Assembly (NCBI GenBank): GCA_003552565.1
Contig: PUNB01000062.1
Location: 1-40,606 of the forward strand
Direction of reading: 5' to 3'
Source of the DNA: Lentisphaerota bacterium
Lineage (GTDB): Bacteria > Verrucomicrobiota > Lentisphaeria > Oligosphaerales > PUNB01
Length of the DNA: 40,606 nucleotides
The stretch's first letter is position 1. Each line of letters opens with the position of its first letter. The notes beneath the pieces were generated by a model, which did no database searches, was not told where the DNA came from, and worked only from the letters and a program-made list of their open reading frames with translations. Shown in pieces: positions 1-8,506 of the stretch. Made by a program: the position numbers and the translations under genes.

Positions 1-137
1 ATGGAGGGCGAGCAGCCAGCCTGAGCCACACGAAGAGTGGTCAGGTCCCCGCGAGCCATAAAAGAGCCCGTTCCCTTGCGAGCACACCTTAATGCCCGCG
101 AGGACGCGGCCGCTCCCGAGGTGTTGCCCGAGACTAA

Positions 138-367
138 GTCTCTCCCTCGGGGTATCCGGCGCTTCGCGCCGGCGGTTGGACTTGTATGGGACTTCGTCTC
201 GGTGATCGGTTATCAATCATCCGAGTACCGTAATCGTACACGTACTCGTACACTCAAATCTTCGGGGTCAGAAATAATGACGATTAGCGTGACGAGTATG
301 TGTAAAAGTACGTAGAGTCTCACCCTTCGGGTTTCAGGCGCATCGCGCCGGGAGCGGTTCTTGTATG
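138..367. repeat. Mosaic repeat cluster: core palindromic element (138-195), GTACGAGTAC-type hairpin (about 215-316), second core element (317-367)
   Basis: About 90% identical by eye to 39802-40054 in the same orientation. The core is 'GTCTCTCCCTCGGGGTATCCGGCGCTTCGCGCCGGCGG..GG.CTT.TATG.GAC'. Confidence 0.9.
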
Positions 368-1234
368 CAAAACAACCAAACAATTGTCTGGGAGGATGAT
401 GCATGGAAAGCGGTCTGTCTGCCGAAAGACGGAGCCCGCCTTAGCGAACTGTCGTATGAAGGCCAACCTCTGTTGACACCGGTGCCGGAGGATTTTTCGC
501 CGCCTGAGGAAGATTTCGGCGAATATGAACTCCGTCCGGTTTACGGCTATGACGATTGTTTTCCCACTGTCGATCAATGTACTCATCCCCAAAGCCGCGT
601 CGTAATTCCGGATCATGGAGAATTGTGCTGGCAACAATGGCAAGTGCGCTCGAATTCCGACGGCTTGACGGCTGAAACACGGCTAAACGGCTATCCCCTG
701 TGTTTCCAGCGGAAAATGATCTTCTCCTCGACGCAACTGACCTGGCAATGGCGGGTCGAAAATCCGGGATCCGCAGAATACTTCTTTATCCACGTCATGC
801 ATCCGTTGCTGCCGCTGGATCAAATATCGCATATCTCCCTGCCGCCCCATTCGCATGTCGTTGATGAAGAAGCGGATTGCCGGTTCCCTGTCAGCGGAGC
901 GACGGAAGTCGCCGACTTTCTCATGCGTTCAGCCAGAGACCGCGCATACATGCTGTTACTGAAGGATGTCAGCGAGGGACAAATTTCCTGGCGATATCTG
1001 AGCGGATTGAAAATAACCTCCGTGTTTTCCACTGAACAATTCCCAACCGTCGGAATCTGGTGGAACCCCCAGGCGCATCCGCCGGAACCAGGGAAACAAA
1101 GAAATGAGTGCGCTTTGGAACCAATTCCGGGCGCCGCCAGCAGCTTGGATAAATCATACCGGCAAAATTGCTGTATGACCGTGCCCGCTCATGGCGAATT
1201 GTCGTGGCGAGTGATTTGGAATCTTGAAAAATAA
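365..1234 (+). CDS. Aldose 1-epimerase-like (galactose-mutarotase fold) protein
   Basis: 289-aa ORF. The pattern 'GYDDCFPTV...IPDHGELCWQQWQV' resembles the 'G.P.LFP...HGF.R...W.V' sugar-binding pattern of the aldose-epimerase superfamily. It sits directly upstream of a class II aldolase. The assignment rests on motif recollection only. Confidence 0.5.
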   Translation: MQNNQTIVWEDDAWKAVCLPKDGARLSELSYEGQPLLTPVPEDFSPPEEDFGEYELRPVYGYDDCFPTVDQCTHPQSRVVIPDHGELCWQQWQVRSNSDGLTAETRLNGYPLCFQRKMIFSSTQLTWQWRVENPGSAEYFFIHVMHPLLPLDQISHISLPPHSHVVDEEADCRFPVSGATEVADFLMRSARDRAYMLLLKDVSEGQISWRYLSGLKITSVFSTEQFPTVGIWWNPQAHPPEPGKQRNECALEPIPGAASSLDKSYRQNCCMTVPAHGELSWRVIWNLEK

Positions 1235-1251
1235 AGCGAAAGAAACCCATT

Positions 1252-2256
1252 ATGCCCTTAATTACCGACAAACAGCAGGTTCTGGATATCTATGCCTGGG
1301 CCCGCGAGAAAAAGTGGGTGGTGCCCACTTTCTGCTCAGAAAACCTGACCACTACCGAAGCCATCCTGGAAGCCGCCAGAGAAACGGGAGAAAAACTCGG
1401 TATCGAAGACATACCGGTCACCATCGCCGTCACCAACCTTTATGATCATCGCTCCCAGACGGTGAATTACACCCATTCACGCTGCTGGCACATAGGCCTG
1501 CAACTGTTTCTCAAAGACCTGGAAGTGCTGTGCGGAGAGGATTCACCTTATGGAAAACTGAAAGTGATGGTCCACCTCGACCATATTCAGCCCGATGTCG
1601 ACACTGAGTTGCTGCAGTGGGATATGAACCAGTTCTCTTCCATCATGTTCGATGCCTCCACCCGGCCTTTCGATGAAAATATCCGTATGACCGCCGACTT
1701 TATTACACAGCACGGAAAAGAAATCGTGGTTGAAGGCGCCTGCGACGAGATTATCGAAGCATCCGGCGACGCTGCCGCCGATCTGACCACTCCGGAAAAA
1801 GCCCGCCATTATGTCGACAAAACCAATGCCGACTTCATTGTCGCCAACCTCGGCACCGAACACCGGGCCAGCGCTGCGGATCTGAAATATCACTCCGACG
1901 TCGCTCGGGAAATCAAACAGCAAATCGGCACTCGGATAGTACTGCACGGCTGCTCCTCGGTGCCCGCGGAGGAAATCCGTCACCTGTTCCAGGACGGTGT
2001 CTGCAAAGTAAATATTTGGACTGCCTTGGAGCGGGACAGCTCACCGGCGCTCCTGCGAGATATGGCCGCCAACGCCGCCAAGGTCGCCGGCGCAAAAGAG
2101 GCTGAAAAGCTGCTCCGAGAAAATTACCTGGGGACCAAAGCGGACACTGCCTCCAATGCTTCGATGGCCTATTGCACAACCGCTTATCGCCAGGATATTG
2201 TCTGCCGCCGGATGAAACAAATCGCCGCCGATTTTTTCCAAATGTGGTATGTTTAG
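1252..2256 (+). CDS. Class II ketose/fructose-bisphosphate aldolase family protein
   Basis: 334-aa ORF carrying the class II aldolase zinc-ligand blocks 'VMVHLDH', 'ANLGTEHRA' and 'IVLHGCSS'. Its length is typical of the GatY/KbaY/FbaA-like family. Confidence 0.8.
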   Translation: MPLITDKQQVLDIYAWAREKKWVVPTFCSENLTTTEAILEAARETGEKLGIEDIPVTIAVTNLYDHRSQTVNYTHSRCWHIGLQLFLKDLEVLCGEDSPYGKLKVMVHLDHIQPDVDTELLQWDMNQFSSIMFDASTRPFDENIRMTADFITQHGKEIVVEGACDEIIEASGDAAADLTTPEKARHYVDKTNADFIVANLGTEHRASAADLKYHSDVAREIKQQIGTRIVLHGCSSVPAEEIRHLFQDGVCKVNIWTALERDSSPALLRDMAANAAKVAGAKEAEKLLRENYLGTKADTASNASMAYCTTAYRQDIVCRRMKQIAADFFQMWYV

Positions 2257-2260
2257 TTTC

Positions 2261-2459
2261 GCCTGCACGGGCTTATGTGAGACTTCATATATATAACCTT
2301 GTCCCGAATCCGCCTGAGGCGGATCACAAACCTGATTCCAAAGTCAAAAAACACGAGACAAGGTGCGAGACAAGGTGCGAGACAAGGTTTTTTATGCCGC
2401 AACAGTCTCTACCTCGGGGTGTCAGGCGCTTCGCGCCGTGGGCGAGACTTGTATGAAAC
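2261..2459. repeat. Mosaic repeat cluster: partial core tail, 12-nt-periodic hairpin with an inserted GC hairpin, full core element
   Basis: Collinear with 40030-40222. It contains 3 tandem 12-mers, CGAGACAAGGTG/T, at 2354-2389, and the opposing arm AACCTTGTCCCG at 2295-2306. Confidence 0.9.
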
Positions 2460-2653
2460 AATGGGTTTAATGGCCGCCATGTGATTCGCTGACTTTCAAA
2501 ACGCAGGCTTCGCCAAAATAAGACAAGATATTTTAACCACTGAGCTTCACTTATCGGCATTGATCCGATGTCCGTTCACAAACCGAATTCATTGCTTTTA
2601 GATTATAAGTGTAGATTAATGTTGATTAGTGGTTTAACAGGAATATCATCTTC

Positions 2654-3367
2654 ATGCTCAATGCCTTTGACAAACCGGACAACTCAGCCGCCGACACCGC
2701 CTCCAGCAAGCCCGCGGCTGACGGTTTGTTCATTACCTTCGAAGGCACCGAAGGCGTCGGCAAATCAACCCAAGTCAAACTTTTAACGGATAACCTGCGC
2801 CACCGCGGTCTGCCGGTGGTTACAACCCGCGAGCCCGGCGGCACTCCGCTGGGAGAAGAATTGCGGGGCTTGCTTAAGCGTCCTTCGTCCCGCGCCGCCC
2901 CCTGTCCGCCGGCTGAACTGCTGATGATGGCCGCCTGCCGGGCCCAGCTGATGCGGGAAGTAGTCAGGCCGGCCCTGCAGAAACGTCAAGTGGTGATCGT
3001 TGACCGTTTTCTGGACTCCACCACCGCCTATCAAGGATACGGTCGCGGCCTGGATTTGGAATTCATCCAGCAACTGCATAATTTCACTCTTGAAAACACT
3101 CGTCCAGACTTGACGTTCCTGTTGGACCTGGATATCGCTATCGGCACTCAGCGCAGCCGTGAAAGAGGCGGAAATACGTTATCCGAAGACCGATTCGACA
3201 ATGAAGAGGATATCTTTCATCGAAAAGTTCGCAATGGTTTTTTAACCCTGGCTCGACAGGAACCGCAAAGAATAAAAATCGTCGACGCTTCTCTCGCCCC
3301 GGAAGAAGTGCAGGAACTGATTTTAGAGCAGGTAATTAAAACCCATAAGCAAAAACAACCAGCCTGA
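2654..3367 (+). CDS. tmk: Thymidylate kinase
   Basis: P-loop 'FITFEGTEGVGKST', the 'TREPGGT' block and the 'DRFLDSTTAYQGYGRG' block are diagnostic of dTMP kinase. Confidence 0.92.
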   Translation: MLNAFDKPDNSAADTASSKPAADGLFITFEGTEGVGKSTQVKLLTDNLRHRGLPVVTTREPGGTPLGEELRGLLKRPSSRAAPCPPAELLMMAACRAQLMREVVRPALQKRQVVIVDRFLDSTTAYQGYGRGLDLEFIQQLHNFTLENTRPDLTFLLDLDIAIGTQRSRERGGNTLSEDRFDNEEDIFHRKVRNGFLTLARQEPQRIKIVDASLAPEEVQELILEQVIKTHKQKQPA

Positions 3368-3376
3368 AAATAGAAG

Positions 3377-4225
3377 ATGCCAAACACAGAACAAAAAAAG
3401 CTGCATGAACTTATATCGCGACATGTGGAAAAACTGCCGCCGATGCCAAATTCAATTGACCGGCTTCTAAGGGAAGCCGCCAATCCAGATCGCAACGAAG
3501 AAAATATAAAAGCCATCATAAAAAGTGATCCGGGACTGTGTTCTGAACTACTGCATCTGGCGGCCTGCGAAGTTCATGACAGATCCAAGGCGGCCGAAAC
3601 TCTGGATGAAGCAATAGCCCAGACCAGTCTTGATTACCTGATTGACCTGGCGGGCACCTCTTATCTCAGCCAGACCATCGAACAACAGTTCAGCGCTATG
3701 GAAAGACTGGATGAGTATTTCCGCCATTCCCGCGAGATCGCCGCCACTTGTCCTATCCTGGCCGATCTGATTGAATTGCCCAAGCATGATCGACAATTCT
3801 ATGAAATGGCCGGTGTCCTGCACGACATGGGCAGACTGATCATCGGACTGGCCCGCAACCAAACAGGCATAACCCTGATGGGGCCGGATCTAAAACAAAT
3901 GACAACCATCACGGATTACGAAAAAAACGTTATCGGCCTGAATCATTGCGAAGTCGGAGCCGATATATGCCGCAAATGGAACCTTTCAGAAAAGCTGCGC
4001 GAAGCGGTGGCAAGACACCACAGCCCTATTTTAGGGGAAGATAATTTCAGCTTCTCCGGCTCCATTCTTTTCCTGGCCCATTTCGTCGCTGGCGATGACT
4101 TCACCGGCGAAATCATCGCCCAGATAATTCCGGAAAGCCTTTTCGAACGGCTCGGATTGAACATGGAACTGTTTGATCAGGCCAAACAATTATATCGAGA
4201 ACAAACAAACAGGAAATACGCATAA
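3377..4225 (+). CDS. HDOD domain-containing signalling protein
   Basis: 282 aa. It has an N-terminal 'LPPMPNSIDRLL....IKAIIKSDPGLCSELLHLA' block, followed by 'HDMGRL' and 'LNHCEVGADICRKWNL...HH', as in HDOD (HD-related output) domains. Confidence 0.75.
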   Translation: MPNTEQKKLHELISRHVEKLPPMPNSIDRLLREAANPDRNEENIKAIIKSDPGLCSELLHLAACEVHDRSKAAETLDEAIAQTSLDYLIDLAGTSYLSQTIEQQFSAMERLDEYFRHSREIAATCPILADLIELPKHDRQFYEMAGVLHDMGRLIIGLARNQTGITLMGPDLKQMTTITDYEKNVIGLNHCEVGADICRKWNLSEKLREAVARHHSPILGEDNFSFSGSILFLAHFVAGDDFTGEIIAQIIPESLFERLGLNMELFDQAKQLYREQTNRKYA

Positions 4226-4226
4226 A

Positions 4227-4763
4227 ATGGCAGAGATCATTAAAGGAAAAGCCTACGTAGTGGGCGACAACATCGACACCGATCAGATTATCCCGGCTCA
4301 ATATCTGAACCTGGTGCCTACCATCCGGGAAGAGTATGACAAACTCGGAAGTTACGCCCTCTCAGGACTGCCGGAGGGCTATCCCCACTTCGTTCCCCCC
4401 GGCCAGACGAAAACCCCCTACAAGGTAATTTTTGCCGGGCGCAATTTCGGCTGCGGCTCCAGCCGGGAACACGCTCCGGTTTGCCTGGGAGCCGCCGGCG
4501 CCCGAGCAGTCGTTGCTGAATCCTTCGCTCGGATTTTTTTCCGCAACTGTATCGCCACCGGTGAATTATATCCGATTGACGCAACCGAACGTCTATGTGA
4601 AATGATCAAAACCGGAGAAGACGTGGAACTGGACCTTGAACAAAACACTCTGAGAATCCCCGCCCGCAACATAACCATTGAAACCCAGCCATTGGGAGAT
4701 GCCCGTCAGGTAATCGAGCACGGCGGGCTGTTTAACCACGCCAGAAAGACCGGTATGATCTAA
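4227..4763 (+). CDS. leuD: 3-isopropylmalate dehydratase small subunit-like protein (short LeuD/HacB type of the aconitase family)
   Basis: 'MAEIIKGKAYVVGDNIDTDQIIPAQYL' and 'AGRNFGCGSSREHAP' are aconitase swivel-domain motifs. I chose the ATG at 4227 (the track ORF begins at 4173) because the homology starts there and it immediately follows the upstream stop at 4225. Confidence 0.85.
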   Translation: MAEIIKGKAYVVGDNIDTDQIIPAQYLNLVPTIREEYDKLGSYALSGLPEGYPHFVPPGQTKTPYKVIFAGRNFGCGSSREHAPVCLGAAGARAVVAESFARIFFRNCIATGELYPIDATERLCEMIKTGEDVELDLEQNTLRIPARNITIETQPLGDARQVIEHGGLFNHARKTGMI

Positions 4764-4819
4764 AGAAAAGAACTGTACCGCGGTTGAGCAAGCGGATATT
4801 GCTAAAGCAGTACGGGACT

Positions 4820-5383
4820 GCGGAAACCTGAAAGCTGAAGGCTGAGGAAAAGCGGGAAACTCGCTGGTCGCAAGTCATAATCCGTATCTTTAATATGTAA
4901 TGCGTAATGGATGGGACGGCGGGGGGAGAGGAATGTATCATAGTGTGTAAGTCGCTGGTCGCGTGTCGCTAGTCATAATTCTTGATCTATAATGCGCAAT
5001 GGATGGAACTACGAGACTGCAATTTTATGAGGCCTGTGGAAGTTTCTATTAAAAATTACACAAGCGTCCCATGGGATGCGTTACTACACTTTGTCTCGCA
5101 CCTTGTCTCGCACTTTGTCCAACTGCCTTCTCAAAACCAAACAAGTACTCGACAAGGCGCGAGACAAAGTGCGAGACTAGGTTTCATTTTATGTGCGTGT
5201 AATGGCCTCACACCCCTTTTCGCATACCCTCTAGTTACGGCTCGACATGCGAGAACGGTGTACGAGTTGGCGCAATCGTAATCCGCTCTCGTCACCCGCT
5301 AATAACGACGAACGAAGCACGATGAACGACGAACCGTGTTTCGAACAAGCCCGACCCTTGGCGCAAGGCCGAAAAGGAACCGG
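4820..5383. repeat. Mosaic repeat cluster with several module types
   Basis: It contains a ~55-bp direct duplication (4861-4915 and 4952-5007), a CGAGACAAGG-type hairpin (5089-5183) and a 'CTTTTCGCATACCCTCTAG' module (5213-5236). An AACGACGAACGAAG module (5301-5342) is identical over 42 nt to 39150-39191. A degenerate core element abuts the ribD stop. Confidence 0.85.
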
Positions 5384-6421
5384 TCAAAAATCTCCCGTCA
5401 CCAGCAGGTCTTCGCCTATCCTCCTTGCGCGCATATTTTTCAGTTTCCAGGCTTGTTCCAGTGATACCGGATCATCCCCGCCCACCGCCGGACGACTGGA
5501 GCGGCCGCCAAGAATACGTGGAGCAATAAAGAACATAGCCTGATCAACTATACCGGCGGCCAAAACCGCCGCCGCTAACTCTCCTCCGCCTTCCACCAAT
5601 AAGGCCGTAATATTCTCTTTCCCCAGGTCTCGCATACAATTCCGCCACTCCTGCTTGTCGCCGGGCGCTATCAGCCGCGGGGGGGTTTCAGGATCCCGCC
5701 ACAATTCCAAGTCTCGACTGAAATTCTGACTGCGAGAACAGATTATCGGCATCGGCTGCCGTTCCCAATCAGCCGGTTCCCTGACTTTCAAACGCGGATT
5801 ATCCCGGCGAACTGTTTCGCCCCCCACCATGATTGCGTCCGCCCAGCGTCGCTGTTTCTGCACCAGGCGCCGGGATTTCTCCCCGCTGATCCATTTCGAA
5901 TCACCACCAACAGTGGCAATCCGTCCGTCAAGAGTCATCGCCAGTTTCAGGATCACAAAAGGGCGTTTCTCGCACACCCAGCAGAAGAAAGCCTCATTCA
6001 ATCTTCGGCATTTCTCTTCCTCCACCCCACACTCCACCTGTAATCCCGCCTCTCGCAGTATACTCAGGCCGCGGCCCGCATGTCGGGGATCCGGATCTTC
6101 ACAGCCCGCCACAACCCGTTTAACTCCGGCGGCCTTAATCGCTTCCGTACAGGGAGAAGTCCGACCGCGAGTGGAACAGGGTTCAAGATTAACATAGAGC
6201 GTCGAACCTTCAGCTCTCTCTCCGGCCTCCTTCAGGGCCGCGATCTCGGCATGACTCTCACCGGCCCGACGATGATATCCCTCTCCAACCGTCGCGCCAT
6301 TCCGCACCGCCACCGCGCCCACCATCGGATTGGGGCTGGTGCGCCCCCAGCCTCGGCGCGCCAGAGACAAAGCCCGCCGCATATAACGACGATCCAACCG
6401 CAATTTTTCCGGCTCCGACAT
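5384..6421 (-). CDS. ribD: Bifunctional riboflavin biosynthesis protein RibD (pyrimidine deaminase / uracil reductase)
   Basis: CDA zinc motifs 'HAEIAAL' and 'PCSTRGRTSPC', followed by a C-terminal RibD reductase domain ('LKLAMTLDGRIA', 'LLVEGGGELA'). Confidence 0.93.
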   Translation of the reverse strand: MSEPEKLRLDRRYMRRALSLARRGWGRTSPNPMVGAVAVRNGATVGEGYHRRAGESHAEIAALKEAGERAEGSTLYVNLEPCSTRGRTSPCTEAIKAAGVKRVVAGCEDPDPRHAGRGLSILREAGLQVECGVEEEKCRRLNEAFFCWVCEKRPFVILKLAMTLDGRIATVGGDSKWISGEKSRRLVQKQRRWADAIMVGGETVRRDNPRLKVREPADWERQPMPIICSRSQNFSRDLELWRDPETPPRLIAPGDKQEWRNCMRDLGKENITALLVEGGGELAAAVLAAGIVDQAMFFIAPRILGGRSSRPAVGGDDPVSLEQAWKLKNMRARRIGEDLLVTGDF

Positions 6422-6512
6422 AAATAATTAGGTTCCTTCGAGATTTGCTTTACAAGTAATCAGCAGCATATTAAATAAGGTTTTGTTTTAACTGACAGGA
6501 GTAAAAAACAGG

Positions 6513-7004
6513 ATGAAAAATTACTACTTAAAGCAGAAAGTATTTTCGATCCGGGACAGTTATAATGTTTATGATGAAAATCAAAACTTGGTTTATTATG
6601 CTTGTGCAAAATTATTTTCTCTGCCGCGGCAATATAAAATATACCGCGGTTCAGATGATTCTTTGCTCTTCACCATGAAACGACGCGTATTCAGTTTCAT
6701 GCCCGCCTATGATCTCTTCGATGCCTCGGGCCGTGAAATCGCAAACATGCGTAAGCAACTGGCTATATTCAGCAACCGGATCGACATCCAATCGGGAGAT
6801 AAATCCTACAACCTCGAAGGAAACATCTGGGCTCACAATTTCACCATTTCAACCCCTGAAAAAACCGTTCTCAATGTCAAGAAAAAAATCATTTCCTGGG
6901 GCGACACCTATGAAATAACCATTGAGGACGATTCTGAAACCGACAAACTGGTCGCGTTTGTGGTTATGATTGACAGCATTTATCACCGACGAAAATCTAA
7001 ATAG
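6513..7004 (+). CDS. YxjI / LURP-one-related (tubby C-terminal-like) family protein
   Basis: 163 aa. The N-terminus 'YYLKQKVFSIRDSYNVYDENQNLVYY' closely resembles that of the Bacillus YxjI family ('LYIKQKVFSLGEKFTV.DE.G..VY'). Confidence 0.7.
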   Translation: MKNYYLKQKVFSIRDSYNVYDENQNLVYYACAKLFSLPRQYKIYRGSDDSLLFTMKRRVFSFMPAYDLFDASGREIANMRKQLAIFSNRIDIQSGDKSYNLEGNIWAHNFTISTPEKTVLNVKKKIISWGDTYEITIEDDSETDKLVAFVVMIDSIYHRRKSK

Positions 7005-7150
7005 CCGTCGCAGGAAAGCACCAAGTCAGGTTTCTAGCCTGAATAATTTACGAGCCAAGTTTGCCGCCTGACCACTTCCAGACTAAATAGACCACCCCAT
7101 GCGAGAAGTGGAAGTGAGCCGAATTCGCATGTATCAATAAGGTAGTGCAT

Positions 7151-8452
7151 CTACCCCTCTTTCCGTTCAATGTCAGCCCCCAGCTGAATCAATTTTTGTT
7201 CAATACCTTCGTATCCCCGATCAATAAAATGCACATTTCTGATTATACTCTGACCTTTTGCGCACAGCGCCGCCCCCAGCAACGCGATGCCGGCGCGGAT
7301 ATCCGGACTGCTCAGCTCAATAGGATGCAAAGTCGAGGGACCGGCGACAACCACCCGGTGCGGATCGCAGATGACCGCGTTAGCTCCCATGACGATCAGG
7401 CGGTCAACAAAATACATTCTGCTCTCATAGAGTTTTTCGAAAAACAAAACCGTGCCGCTGACCTGAGTCGCCAGGACAATACAAACGCTCATCAGGTCAG
7501 AAGGAAACTGCGGCCATATCCCGTCATCAATCACCGGAATGCCGCCGGTGAAATCAGGCTGAATCCGCCGCTCCTGTTCCGGACCTACCCGCACCCAGTC
7601 AGTACCGAATTGCAATTCAATGCCGAGCCGGCGAAAAACATGCGCGATCATACGGTAATGTTCGGGATTTATATCCGTCACTGTAACATCACCGCCGGTG
7701 GCCGCGCCAAGAGCGATAAAACTGCCTGCTTCAGTATGATCTGAAACCACTCGACAGTGTGTACCGTTTAATTTTTCAACACCTGTAATACGCAGGTTCG
7801 GCGAACCGTTGCCCTCAATGACAGCTCCCATAGCAACAAGCATTTCTCCTAAAGCCTGAACATGCGGTTCACAGGCGGCGTTGCGAATGATTGTTTCCCC
7901 CTCGGCCAACACCGCCGCCAGCATCAAATGTTCGGTGGCGGTAACGCTGGCCTCAGTCAGAAATATATCCGCTCCCCGCAAGCGGCGGGCGGCGTTAAAA
8001 CGGAAACAGCCGTCAATTTCAATCTCAACCCCCATGGAGGACAATCCATGAAAATGCGAATCCAGACGTCGTTTGCCGATCACATCCCCGCCTGGCGGCG
8101 GCATGGAAACCCGGCCTGAACGATGCAGTAAAGGCGCGGCAAACAGCACACCCGCCCGTAACTGACTGCTTAATGAGCGCGGAATATCCGCGTCCCCAAC
8201 ATCCCGGGCAGTTATAACCGCCCGCCGCGGCTGTCGTTCAACCTCGGCTCCCAGCATCTCCGCCAACTGCAGCATTATCTCCACATCGCCGATAGCGGGA
8301 AGGTTGTCAATAATCACCGGTTGATCAGTCAGAAGAGCGGCCGCCAGCATCGGCAGCGCCGCGTTCTTATTCCCCGAAACAGCAACCTTCCCGCTCAAAG
8401 GCGTCCCCCCTGCAATCTTAAAATATCCGCACGCAGTATTCCTAGCGTTCAT
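7151..8452 (-). CDS. murA: UDP-N-acetylglucosamine 1-carboxyvinyltransferase
   Basis: 433 aa. It has 'GGTPLSGKVAVSGNKNAALPMLAAALL' and the EPSP-synthase-fold repeats, and its length is right for full-length MurA. Confidence 0.93.
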   Translation of the reverse strand: MNARNTACGYFKIAGGTPLSGKVAVSGNKNAALPMLAAALLTDQPVIIDNLPAIGDVEIMLQLAEMLGAEVERQPRRAVITARDVGDADIPRSLSSQLRAGVLFAAPLLHRSGRVSMPPPGGDVIGKRRLDSHFHGLSSMGVEIEIDGCFRFNAARRLRGADIFLTEASVTATEHLMLAAVLAEGETIIRNAACEPHVQALGEMLVAMGAVIEGNGSPNLRITGVEKLNGTHCRVVSDHTEAGSFIALGAATGGDVTVTDINPEHYRMIAHVFRRLGIELQFGTDWVRVGPEQERRIQPDFTGGIPVIDDGIWPQFPSDLMSVCIVLATQVSGTVLFFEKLYESRMYFVDRLIVMGANAVICDPHRVVVAGPSTLHPIELSSPDIRAGIALLGAALCAKGQSIIRNVHFIDRGYEGIEQKLIQLGADIERKEG

Positions 8453-8506
8453 ATCCGTTTCCGATTCTTTGTTTTACCGCTATAATTACCGCCGGCTCTG
8501 GCCCAT

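Noticed and set aside
37-315. Track ORFs lying wholly inside the repeat mosaics: 37-315, 2172-2456, 2299-2484, 4982-5281, 19136-19345, 19489-19734, 24094-24491, 26832-27290, 27943-28317, 38904-39119, 39906-40284 and 40316-40546
   Set aside because: Their sequences are composed of the repeat modules, and the same 'peptides' recur wherever a module recurs, in either orientation. Examples are 'TRQGARQGARQG' and 'SLPRGIRRFAP'. They are not credible genes.
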